From Macrostomum lignano (lineage: Eukaryota), in assembly GCA_002269645.1 (NCBI GenBank), contig NIVC01001984.1, positions 62,001 to 126,000 on the forward strand: 64,000 nucleotides of DNA, given 5' to 3'. The position numbers were made by a program, and so were the translations under genes. Below the pieces are notes generated by a model, which saw nothing but the letters and a program-made list of their open reading frames with translations, was not told the DNA's origin and did not search any database. Below are positions 24,168 to 34,994 of the stretch, one piece after another; positions within the stretch are counted from its first letter, which is position 1; the number at the start of each line of letters is the position of its first letter.

Positions 24168-26252
24168 ATGCCATCTGCTAGTGACCGCGACCAGCATGTG
24201 CTTAAGGCACTGCAGGTTTTGTCTGAGTCGGTTGCTGTTTCTATTTCTGATTTCTGCTCCGGCACTTCAAATTCAGTTTACTCTGCTCTGTTAAGCCAGT
24301 TAAATGTACTTTATCCAGGCAATTATGGTGAGAAAGATTTAAAAACCGTTTGCTGTGATATTCAGCAAAATAGACGACAGTTGAAGAGAAAAATTTCACT
24401 GGTGTTAAATAAATCAACTAACGTGGTGCTGGAGACAGAAAAAAATTCTGATTCTGATTCAAGTCATGACAGTGTTGTAATTTATGAATTGGATGGCGTG
24501 TGGACTGCTCTTGAACAGGCTAGAAATGATAGCGATCGCTGTAAGGCCCAGGAAGACATGCGTTGCATGCTTTTAGCAAAAATCGAACTGGATATCGTAC
24601 AAAAGTGCAGTTTGAGTGTTCAGCGCAGTGATTTTTCAAATGATAGCGCTCGAACCGTCATTTACGTACTGAAATGCTCTGCGCCATTGTCCGAAGAACG
24701 CGGCGTTTGCCCAGGACAATGGAAAGTGCGAGTCAAAGGCTCCACTGTCAGCATAAAATCTATCGAGACTCCTCAAGAACATCCTCTTAAGGCCGGAAGA
24801 GTTCGCGATAAAAATCTAAAGCGTAAATTGCAGACCGGTTTGATCGCCTCCTTACAGTCGTCTGTCGCTGCACATGCTAATGATGCTCGTGGCATGCCTT
24901 CTAGCAAAACATTGACAAACATTAGGCAGTACGAGAAAACAAAAGAGAGGATTTGCAAAGACAATGCTGCTCATGATCTGCTTCTTCGCATTGAACACTC
25001 CGAGACTATATCCAAGTACGTTCAGTACACACAATTTTCCGGCAATTCGTCGCTTCTCGTCATTTCGTTGTCTCATCCTCACTTGGTGGCGGATGTTCTG
25101 TACTCTATGAAGAAGTCGAAGGTACCAATAAACCTAATAATCGACTCTACCGGTGCATCTGTGACTACAAGCAGCTGGCCTGGGGTTCTGCCCAAAAAAT
25201 TGTATCATTACGCACTGGTTCTGCCGTCAAGAGGCCAGCTTAATCAGGTTTCTTTGTTAGACGTGCTGTCATGCCTTCATGACAAAGTACAGCTGTCAAT
25301 CATGTTGGCAAAGTGGTGGCGAGAAATACTTGGGGTACCAGGTTACGGCAGCTTTAGAATCGCTAAAATCGTGACAGACTTTAATTGGCCAACTTTGCAC
25401 GCTCTACTGCAAGTTTTTAACGGTTTAAACATCGAAGACTACCTAAACTGGTGTTATCTTGTTGGCCTGCAAGATGACAATGGACAAAGAGGTATGCCAG
25501 GCTGGCTGCGCGCTACGTTGAAGCAGGCCCGTGAGCGAGTGGCTATCACGCTCGGACGCAGCCATATAATGAACGAGGTCCGTCATTGGCCAGAAGTGCG
25601 AAACGCTAATCGACAAGTTCAGGCGGTGTATTTGCAGGGCTTCGCTAAAATCGTCGCAAGCACCTCTGCCCATGAAGGACGCATCTGGCTGCAAAATCTG
25701 CTGCACATCCTGCTGGAACGGGATTCTATGAAAGCCCTTCCATATGTTAAAAGAATACGGAGCGAGCAAGCAGCCGACTTAATGGATGCAGCACTTTTGG
25801 ATCGTTCCGACGAAGAGGATGATGAGAAATCAAGATCTACGATTCGTGCTTCCTCGCGTTTTTACCACGAAGCACGCGAATTCCTTCAAAGAATATCCGT
25901 CGCTTGCCGTCAAGTTGCGCTGAATAGCGTGGTGATGCCTAATGCTTATTTGAACGAAGCGCTAGCTGCAAGATTTGTGGACTTGTATGCCTTTTTTCCG
26001 TTGTTTAGTAGCATGATGGAAAATGCAGAGCGACACTTTACCCGGAAAGCATCAGCTGTCGACTTCCGCAATACCGAAGGCAGCGTTGAAGTTTATCACC
26101 GGACTGTTAGACGGGATGTGCTTGGTGGCAGGTCACAAACTCTCATTGGATTTTTTAACCTTAATGGAGGAATTTACGCGAGGGCGTCTTCGCTATCGAT
26201 TAGCTTATCGATTATCGATTATCGATTAACAGCCGGTAAATTCAGTAGTTAG
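24168..26252 (+). CDS. Mutator-superfamily (NOF-FB/Rehavkus-like) DDE transposase; C-terminus possibly truncated or spliced
   Basis: ~695-aa open frame with LIIDSTG (D 25143), KLYHYALV, SCLHD, IVTDFN...LLQVFN...YLNWC (D 25377), GRSH at the CxxH position and RNTEGSVEVY (E 26088); motif order recalled for NOF-like MULEs. No TIRs located. Confidence 0.7.
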   Translation: MPSASDRDQHVLKALQVLSESVAVSISDFCSGTSNSVYSALLSQLNVLYPGNYGEKDLKTVCCDIQQNRRQLKRKISLVLNKSTNVVLETEKNSDSDSSHDSVVIYELDGVWTALEQARNDSDRCKAQEDMRCMLLAKIELDIVQKCSLSVQRSDFSNDSARTVIYVLKCSAPLSEERGVCPGQWKVRVKGSTVSIKSIETPQEHPLKAGRVRDKNLKRKLQTGLIASLQSSVAAHANDARGMPSSKTLTNIRQYEKTKERICKDNAAHDLLLRIEHSETISKYVQYTQFSGNSSLLVISLSHPHLVADVLYSMKKSKVPINLIIDSTGASVTTSSWPGVLPKKLYHYALVLPSRGQLNQVSLLDVLSCLHDKVQLSIMLAKWWREILGVPGYGSFRIAKIVTDFNWPTLHALLQVFNGLNIEDYLNWCYLVGLQDDNGQRGMPGWLRATLKQARERVAITLGRSHIMNEVRHWPEVRNANRQVQAVYLQGFAKIVASTSAHEGRIWLQNLLHILLERDSMKALPYVKRIRSEQAADLMDAALLDRSDEEDDEKSRSTIRASSRFYHEAREFLQRISVACRQVALNSVVMPNAYLNEALAARFVDLYAFFPLFSSMMENAERHFTRKASAVDFRNTEGSVEVYHRTVRRDVLGGRSQTLIGFFNLNGGIYARASSLSISLSIIDYRLTAGKFSS

Positions 26253-26530
26253 TGTCTGGCCGGCACGTTGTTACCATAGGAAAGTTTAAATGAAATCTAA
26301 GAACATAAGCAGTATAACTGTTTCAACACCATAGCTTATTTTTATAAGTTATATTTTGCTTGAATAGCAGCATTAATATTAAAAATTTACTTGAATCTGA
26401 ATCCTCTTTGGGGGTAAGAAAGTTAATATCTGAAAATAGATCTGGCTAAAAACGTCTTTTTCGGCTTTTGTTTTTTTATTGTATTCTTTAACCGGAATGT
26501 TCGAGAATAAGTCAGTTACATCGAGTATGG

Positions 26531-27810
26531 GATGAGGACGCACTTTTTTTCCAAATTTCACGCTCGCACATGGGCTCCAAACTTGCTAGCCTATTAACAG
26601 CAGGCTCATGGACAACTAGAGTACTAGAGTAGCGGCATTTCCCACTTTTTAATTTTTTCTAGAATTCGTACTATAGTAGGATCTCTGTAGCTTATATGAT
26701 TTTGCCATACTTGTAGTTATAATAACATAGGTGCAGTTTTTGCTACTTTTGGGGTCATAAATCATTGCTTTTGAGCTGGTCTGACTGCACCTGCGCTTCA
26801 CTCAATGCTGCAGAGGCTGGCGCCAGATGTCTGAGAGGATGGCGGGCGGTAGCTTTTTCTCATCATTTTTGACAGGCCATCAGATTTATGAGGTCAGGGC
26901 CTATTGTTCGTGTTCACTCAAGCGTTTGACAGCTTTGACAGCTATGCGTTTTACCCCTAAAAGTACTTTGACATTAGCGATTAGTGATTTCTCTTCACCG
27001 TCTTCACTTTCTACTTATGATCTCTCTAAGCGAATTTTTTTTCATTGATTTTCGTAATTCCTACGCGAAAGGTCATAATTATCATTGTGTAGCGATTTTG
27101 AGTGATTTATGACAACACACTGCACCTGGCGTATTTTATGGCCCCGAGGGAACTGAGGATCTTCTGGTCGCGTGAGTTTAGGTAGCAACAAGCTCAGCCA
27201 ATCAGAAAATTCGACGTCAGGTATAACAATTCGGCTCAGCCAATCAGCGTCGAGGTGTTCCATATAACAAATTGCGGTCAAGTTGGCGGCTATAAAAACC
27301 TGCGTTTTTGGCCCGCTCGGACTTTAACTTGGTCGGTCGCGTGTCACTTAACCTGGCCAAACACTTGCCCGGACCCATGCAGTACACAACTTCTGGTTCC
27401 CGGAGCTCGACCATCGTCTCTTGATCCCCGGATCGCGACCTCCCCCATCATCATCAAAGACGAATTCCCCCGGACAACAGCAACGATCATCAAGAATAAG
27501 ATCATCACCTGCTAGCTGAGTTGCGAAGTTTGTGACAGCATCATCCCGGGCCTATAGCTGCAAAGCACTAAGCCGATTCGGTCACTGTGGATTACCTGGT
27601 CTCCGGCTGTTGAGTTTCTGATTGGTTGGGTGAGAGGCTATACCTATATTTGCTTGATCATCGGCCGGGTGATCCCTTAGTGCAAAATCGGCGCTAGAGG
27701 TGTTCTCTGTGCACTTCTAGATTCACCAAGCGGCTCGGGTAATGAAGCATGTGGTCTCTGAGGTTCGAGTTAGCCTATCATCAGCGCTATGAGAGGCCAT
27801 TTGGAGCCCG
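26531..27810 (+). repeat. Dispersed ~1.3-kb repeat, LTR/promoter-like (copy 1)
   Basis: Aligns by eye with the reverse complement of 45535-47029; contains CAGCCAATCAG twice and TATAAAA. Confidence 0.8.
27195..27300 (+). promoter_or_regulatory. Pol II promoter-like module: CCAAT (27198), CCAAT (27240), TATAAAA (27291)
   Basis: Canonical motifs in canonical order; both CCAAT boxes conserved and TATA varied (TATTTAAA) in the 46-kb copy. Confidence 0.5.
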
Positions 27811-29315
27811 TGTGTGTTTTGGGTGATTTTGCTTCGATCGCGATTTGGCTACTGAGCTTTCCGCTTGTCCTATTCATTTTACGGGCTATCCGTTCCCCAG
27901 CATGTCTCCATGCAGCTACATGTAGTTTGCTGGCTGGCAAGATGGCCATCCGCTTTGAGTCTCTCTGCTTCACCGTCTCACGCTTCTCCAATACAGCAGC
28001 ACGGTTAACTCCCTCCGACCCCCACTCTTAAGTTTTTATATGTTACTTCCTCAAAGACGATCCTATATATCCTGTCCAGGCCACTTTAATTTCCCCGATG
28101 ACTCATCAGATAATGACTCATTGTTTGACTCATGGGCCTTCATGCGCCCACCCAAATCTTTTTCTTCACCTCAACTGCATCCGCTCTTTTTGCGGATTTT
28201 GTTCGAAATCACTGCATGAACATCCACTGCACTGGATCACGCCACACCTCCACAATGAACTCCACACCTACATGAAGCCTGCAAGCCATTCTCCCAAGTT
28301 ACATGTATGTACGTGATGTCCCCCATTTCCCCCACCTACTAAGCCAGGCATCCACCCGATTTTAGTAGCCGGGCTTAGGCAGGCTAGGTGACGGCTATAG
28401 TAGGCAGATTGCATGACTACATGTACTACGTCGCTCGGTTGCTTATAGCGACGCTGGTCAAGGGCAGTTCAAGGTCGTCCCAGCTGTGCATCACGAGTCA
28501 CGCGCATGGAACGTGAAATTCCAGGCTCTACTTGTATAAGGCTAGGCAGCTCATTTTTCCTGATCCACTCTCTCACCCAGTCGTAGACTTATATGCCCTG
28601 GCCGACGTGTGGGCTCTTGACTCTGGTTTCGGACGTGCTCTTGCAAAACGCTGCGTGAATATCACATTCTAATTCGCTGATACCTTTTAGATCGACCAGG
28701 ACTAAGATCCTAAGCATTGGATGCAAATTCGTCTCCCGTAGCAGGCTGGGGAGTCCCGTCTCATTAGAGAAAGTTTCCCGGATGTACGTTTTACGCATGC
28801 AGCCGCTTGTGGCTGATGGCGCGGCTACACGCCTTTGATGTGTGGCTATAAAACACACACAGGAGCCGTTAGTTTTAGTTTGAAGGACCAGCTTGGCCCC
28901 TCAGACACAGCACAAACTGAAACTGTTTACTATCAACCCAGGGGGCCGGAGGAGTGGAGTTTGAAGAAACCGATCGGGCCGACTTACCAAATTATCTAAA
29001 AATAATGTAGCATGAAGCAGACGCGAGCGCTTAAGTCGCATAAATCCGCAGATTATTGTCATAAAATTTTACACCGGGTTAATATCTATGGGCAATGCTC
29101 ACTTTCTTTAGTATAGGCGGATATTTGCCCAGTGCAATAAGCGAAATCAATTTCGACAATAGCCAGAAGTGCACTTAATAATCAAATGATGGAATTTAAG
29201 TTGCAAGCTTCAAATCTGGGCGCTTGATGCGCCAAGCCGCCTATCTGTGTCTGGACTCGACTGACAACAACGGGATTCGGTAAAAGCGAGCGCCGCCGCC
29301 GACGCCGCCGCCATC

Positions 29316-29756
29316 ATGTCGGGGCCGCTCACCCCAAATATTTTTATGAGCGGCGCATCGATGGGTACAAAAGTGCTCATCCGGTATCGCCTGCTCGAGT
29401 GCAACATCAAACTGATGGGCGAAATCGGGGTCGATAACGTCTTCGTCACAAGCGTCGGCCCGGCTGCGGACGAAGTGATGGACTTCCGTCTGCAGGTGTC
29501 GGTCTACGATCAGGTTTTTGTACGATCGGCGTTCGACTTGGCTGAGCGCGGCGCCGACATGCTGCTGGAGGCGCTGGTGATGCGGTCTGTTGGCAAAGTC
29601 AAGACCCTGGTCACCAGGCTGACCGGAAGCTGCCAGCAGAGCCAGAGCAGCGGCGGTCAAATCGAGCTGGTCGGTCGCTTAAAAAAGGTGTCGGAAGAAG
29701 AAGTGAAGCAGAGCATATCAGACGCCTGCCGGCAGCTTAAGGTTGGCTCCAACTGA
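29316..29756 (+). CDS. Hypothetical intronless protein, 146 aa
   Basis: GCCATCATGT start context, strong G/C third-position bias, GC-rich island within AT-rich flanks; no family recognised. Confidence 0.65.
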   Translation: MSGPLTPNIFMSGASMGTKVLIRYRLLECNIKLMGEIGVDNVFVTSVGPAADEVMDFRLQVSVYDQVFVRSAFDLAERGADMLLEALVMRSVGKVKTLVTRLTGSCQQSQSSGGQIELVGRLKKVSEEEVKQSISDACRQLKVGSN

Positions 29757-30362
29757 TCGATGCATTACTGCTGAGTCTGCGTCTTTCAAATATTGCTAAA
29801 ATACCAACGGTTTGTCCTCTGGCGTCATCGATATTGCTTTGACGTCAATGTTTCGCTTTAATAGCCGCGTATAGAAAATACCAAATAGCATCCTTTTTAT
29901 TTCTGAGCCGCTTATTTTCTGATTTTTCCACCAGCAAAAAATATAACTGAGTTTTGAGCCCAGACCTCAGAATGCTTTGAATTTTCAATGACTCATCATC
30001 GTCATCTTTCCCAATTGTCACCTCAGTTTTTGATTGCGCGAGAACTGTTTGTTATTTAGAAAGCTGCCGTACGTCTGTCAAATGCAAGTTTAAATTCTGG
30101 TAACCTTTAAATATTTTATATTTAGAATAAGGCAACAGAGCAGAAAAGATCTGTCATAAAATTGTAGTTAATAGTGTTAGTGTTGCGCGAACGTCCGTTA
30201 AAGATTATTAATCATGCAACGCGGTCATTAGCTATATAGCTGTACGAGTATTTGAAGATATTATCTTAATTATCGGAGTTAAATAATTAAAGATAGAAGT
30301 TTTAATTGTCTGTATTTTACGATAAAGAAGCTTTTTCGTTATGTCTGGAGTATTTTAACAAT

Positions 30363-31098
30363 CAGAGGCATTGCCGTGGATTTTATGGTGGGTGGGGGAC
30401 AAAGCCAAGAATTGTACATCTACATGTACACGACTAAATTTATACATGTAACATTATTTTCAGAATAGAAATTGTCAGCGATCATATTAGCTCCGCAGGC
30501 ACTCATTTTAGCGCCGCAGGCACTCATTTTGGCGCCGCAGGTATTCCTTTTAGCGCCGCAGGCACTCATTTTAGCGCCGCAGGCACTCATTTTGGCGCCG
30601 CAGGTATTCCTTTTAGCGCCGCAGGCACTAATTTTGGCGCCGCAGGCACTCATTTTGGCGCCGCAGGTATTCCTTTTAGCGCCGCAGGCACTCATTTTAG
30701 CGCCGCAGGCACTCATTTTGGCGCCGCAGGTATTCCTTTTAGCGCCGCAGGCACTCATTTTAGCGCCGCAGGCACTCATTTTAGCGCCGCAGGCACTCAT
30801 TTTAGCGCCACAGACACTCATCTTAGCGCCACAGGCACTCATTTTGGCGCCGCAGGCACTAATTTTGGCGCCGCAGGCACTCATTTTAGCGCTGCAGGCA
30901 CTCATTTTAGCGCCGCAGACACTCATTTTGGCGCCGCAGACACTCATTTTAGCGCCACAGACAGTGTTTTCGTTTGCAGGCGCTATGTTTTGTCGCCCTG
31001 AAGCAAAATTTTTGATTTCCATAACAGGTCAACAAAGGTGGGGTGGGGGACAAAGCATTGGCATGTCCCCCCTGTCCCCCCCGGTGGCAACGCCCCCG
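30363..31098. mobile_element. MITE-like element carrying an internal 21-bp minisatellite (30495-30965; TTTTAGCGCCGCAGGCACTCA)
   Basis: Degenerate TIRs CAGAGGCATTGCC / GGCAACGCCCCCG; TSD not confirmed; the array itself is unambiguous. Confidence 0.55.
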
Positions 31099-31512
31099 CT
31101 AAAATAAATATTATGGAAACTATAGCTACTCGTATAGTGAAAGTAAAGGACGCATTTGACATTAACAACCATCAACTCAGTCAATATCGTCTTCGATCAG
31201 CGAGGCTGGTGAAAAGCTGGTCACTATGGTGCGAAGATGTCGAGTAAAGTTGCGCAATTCAGACAACGCGCGTGGCTGCTCAACTTTCTGCAATTCAAGA
31301 AATTTAAATTCCTAGCTATAGTGATGTAGCTAGTTAAGCAAGGAAAGTGTCTATAGGTAAAAGGCCTTCGAGTCAAAATTTTATTCTGCGTTGTTTTTAA
31401 ACAAATATTTCTAAGCTGTGCTATAGAAGTTCAGACAGAGCAACAGAATCGAGCTCGTGGCATGTTTTTTTCCGGTGTATTTTGTTAAAACTAATGTAAT
31501 ACTGCCAGGGGG

Positions 31513-31820
31513 TGTGCCAGCGACCCAGGCTCGATTCCAATTGCAGTCACATTAATTTGGGGCTGAATTGGAATCTCGGCTTGGCTCTGCTCGTGCAATT
31601 AACGGCCTTGAGGGCCAACCCCCCAAGGCACAGTGAAGTGTACATGCCTAACGATAATCTAAAGTTAGGGCCGCTGTACACTCCTGGGTGAGTGTGTGCC
31701 TGCGTACGTATCCGCGCGCTTGTATGCCTGCTCAGGGGAGTCGGCGGAATGGGCAGTAATGCCTCTCGCCGGTTGTGTGCCTATGTCGCTTAAAGTGCGC
31801 CAGGGTGCACACAACCCCCT
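31513..31820 (+). repeat. ~300-bp dispersed repeat, possibly SINE-like (copy 1; copy 2 at 60977-61259, inverted)
   Basis: Clear homology between the copies (e.g. GTGAAGTGTACATGCCTAACGATAAT, GCTCAGGGGAGTCGGCGGAATGGGC); B-box-like GGCTCGATTCC near the 5' end. Confidence 0.7.
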
Positions 31821-32403
31821 GCGTCTAATAAATGTAATACTGCCATTTTTGTAGCCTATAGTGGTGTCGCGACTTTCCTTAGTCATTTCTTAGTTCACCT
31901 TCACTTGTCTCTGTTTACTCTGTTTTCTCTCTCTCTGTCTAGCTCAATCTTGTTATTCTTATCTCTCTTTCCCTTGCTGCCTTCTGATTGGCTCTCCATT
32001 CTCGCCTCTCTCTTTAGTCGCGCAGTCCAACCCCCTCTCCTTATTATTCTGGACTCAACCCCGCCCCCCCAAAGTTAAATGTTCTATAAATATATCGGTT
32101 TGGGCCCTGCGCCCAAATTTTCAATTAACTCAATTAACTTATTCAATTTAACTCCAAGTTACTCTCTAGTTTTTCTCTACATGGCGCCCAATCTCTAGTT
32201 TTTAGGCTTAGTCTTATTTTCTCTACACAAGTGGTTACAGCGTCGGAGTCGATTCGGGTTCAATTTTTTACCCACTCGGAACAATTTGTGTCCTTGACAT
32301 AAATCTGCATTGCTTCACTTCACCCAGCTGTAAAATTGGTGCCAGCATTAGCTGGGGTAATATTGAGGGTGTGTGGCGACCGCCCAGTCCTTGGACTGAA
32401 CAG

Positions 32404-34480
32404 TCAGTCGTACGCAGCCTTCAGATGCGCAGCGCAATAGCGCAGTGGGTTGCACATCTGGCCCAACTGGGGCAGGTGTAAGTTGCTATATTATTATAAT
32501 TATTTATAAAAACAAGTTGCAAATCACTCACTCGATAGTTGATCAGCATTGGCAGCAAAGGAGTGCTTTGAAGCATTTCGGTGAACACATTTGCAACACT
32601 GGGCACTGTTCCATCGCGCATCGCTGCAATCAGTTTGGCCAGAGGCGTCAGCTCATTCTCAAGGGTGCAGGCCACGATTTTGCCATCACGAAGCTGCAGC
32701 CTCAACGGGTTTGGCTCTTGCAACATTCCCAGGATCGCTGATTTTGCTCCATCAAACTGAACCTCCGGTCCCTCTGCGGGACATCGCATCCCCTTGCTTA
32801 TTGAGAACTGGAATGCCTCTGCGGCAGCATCCAACGATTTACCAACCCTGAGATATGCAAGCGCTTTAAGCCAATCTTTGCTGACTCTGACGCAATCCGG
32901 AAGTTCGGAAATTTGCTTCAGCAGTTTCTTCAAGTGGCTATCTAACGAACCTTCTGTTGGGCCTTCAGACACGGCCACGTGAGCGTCCCGAACTTCTCCG
33001 AAAGCGCTGATGATGGCATCCCGCTCGGTCCCAGTGGCGGCAGCAATATGGACTTCGGCAAGCAGATGCAAGGAGAATAAGGCGTGAAACTGCATCCCTC
33101 CGACTGGGAGTTCTGTTAGACTGTCCGCAAACTTGCCGATTTCCTCGTGAATTTTTACTAGAGTTTGCTTCACGGAAGCGACGATCTCAGCCTTTTTCTT
33201 GTGTTCCTTCTTGAAGTACACGTTTGCGTCTCTGAGAAAGAAATGCTTCATGCACGCGTCTTCGGAGTCTGTACTCTCCATCATTTCTACGAGAATTTCC
33301 AGCGAGGTACGCACAAGCTCGATTAGGTGGCTGCCCGTTTGCCATTTTTCCACCGGAGTTTCGTCAAGCATGTAGAACAGCAGGTTCTTGGCAATGTACG
33401 TTTTCAACCCGATATCGCTCAGCACTCGCTTGATAAGAAACTTGACGATGATGAAAAACTGGCCCTGAATGTCCGTGAGGTTTTGCATCACGGATCTCTC
33501 GAGCAGCGTCGTGCTGACCCGCATGCAACTGCCTGCAGGGAGATTCGGTGGTGACGCGGCTACCGCGTGGCACTTGGGTGAGTCGCCGAAGACCTCCGCT
33601 CGGAGCAGCTCAATGATCCGCTCTGGCATGCATGATGCTCGCCCTGTGCGAGTCCTGTAGCCGTCCTGCAGCAGCTCAATTGAAGGATAGGAGCAGCAGT
33701 CCAGAGCTACGATAATGTCGAAAGCATCAACCATGCCCAGCTTGGACTTCTCAATGCTGAAGTTCGGCTTAACTGCAAATTTTTGTAAGAGAGCATCCTT
33801 TTTTAGCTTTATTGCTTTAACAGGTTTATTTTTTCTGTTTTCATTTAATGCCTACGTGACAGAAAGGCTTTCAAACACGCTGCATGGCCTCTAAAGGTCC
33901 TATATTATGAGTGCGAGTGCTAAAGTCCCTTATGCTGGCACCCCTGGTGCTAAAGCCCCTTACGCTGGCGCCCCTTGTGCTAAAGCCTCTGGTGCTAAAG
34001 CCCCTTGGTGCTAAAGCCCCTAGTGCTAAAGCCCCTTGGTGCTGGCCTTGTAATTAACAATACCCAATAAAAAATCTCTGGATCTACTACCGCCTAGCTT
34101 CTCCAACTTTTAACGATAATCCACTTACATCCACTTCGGAAGAACACGTGACCGTCTTTATACTCAGCCAGCATGTGCTCGGCCTGACAATTCGCTTCGA
34201 GTTGCGCATCAACTACAGGATGTATCGGCTGCCGACCGGACATAACTGTGACGTCAATATCGCTTGATGGCTCAATGCTGCCGTCCAGCTTATCCAGACA
34301 GCTGCCCCATCCGTCAGCGTAGCTGCTAAACACGCGCAGACTGTCGGATTTCAACAGGAAGCTGAGCACGTCCTCCATACCGCTGGCCATTGCCGATTGA
34401 ATTCGTGCATTAGCAGAACTGAAGCCGGCTTTGTACATCAAGCCGGACAGCCAGATACTCAGGGACTCTTCTTCGTCCAT
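32404..34480 (-). CDS. Mab-21/cGAS-like receptor (cGLR) nucleotidyltransferase; proposed exons 34480-34129, 33772-32532, 32466-32404 (551 aa)
   Basis: Exon 1 has SSYADGWG...SDID, exon 2 has FDIIVAL (third Asp) and Mab-21 motifs RVSTTLLE, KTYIAKNLLFY, W, KHFF..ANVY. Intron 1 GTAAGT..TTGCAG is phase-compatible. The last 65-nt intron (GTGAGT..CCCCAG) is less certain. Confidence 0.8.
33925..34045. repeat. Short GCTAAAGCCCC(T)TGGT repeat cluster in cGLR intron 1
   Basis: About 6 degenerate 17-20-bp units. Confidence 0.8.
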
Positions 34481-34994
34481 TTTCTGATCTATAAATTCGT
34501 ATTCTTCGATGCGTTGAAGAAAAGCAGAATTTGCAGTGCATTTCAGTTCCTAGTTGGATTTGCTCTGCAGGTTATAGTAAAGTCAGAGATTGTTGGACGT
34601 CAAAAGCCTTCCCGTAGTGTACTTTCTGATCTGACTTAATTCTCTCTCCTCTGTTTGTAGGCTCAATGTACGCATCCAAAGTGTACAGTGCAGGAAATGT
34701 TTAGCACCCATCATGCGCTATTAAACACCCTGTCCTCTAAGTGTTTTCAGCGCTCTGCTTATCCAAAACTGTCACAAGTCTATACTTTAGTAAGTTCCGG
34801 TACAAAATTCCAACGTTAACGTCGCTGTTCAGCGACTTCGATATTACATGTATATGACACTGCATCACTATATTTTATTATTTTTATACATCCCAAGAAT
34901 AAAAACAATGTCTTTGGAAGTCATTTTATAGCTTATTGGAGGGCCAAACGACTCATTTACAGTGTATTTAGACCTGTCCTTTTACATGTAACTG

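Noticed and set aside
28589-28858. 89-aa ORF as a TE or gene fragment
   Set aside because: No recognisable motif or convincing splice signals.
30420-31107. 200-aa and 211-aa repetitive ORFs on both strands
   Set aside because: Artefacts of a 21-bp unit lacking stops.
31950-32230. Possible solo LTR or promoter (ATTGG, TATAAATA)
   Set aside because: No termini, TSD or second copy in the window.
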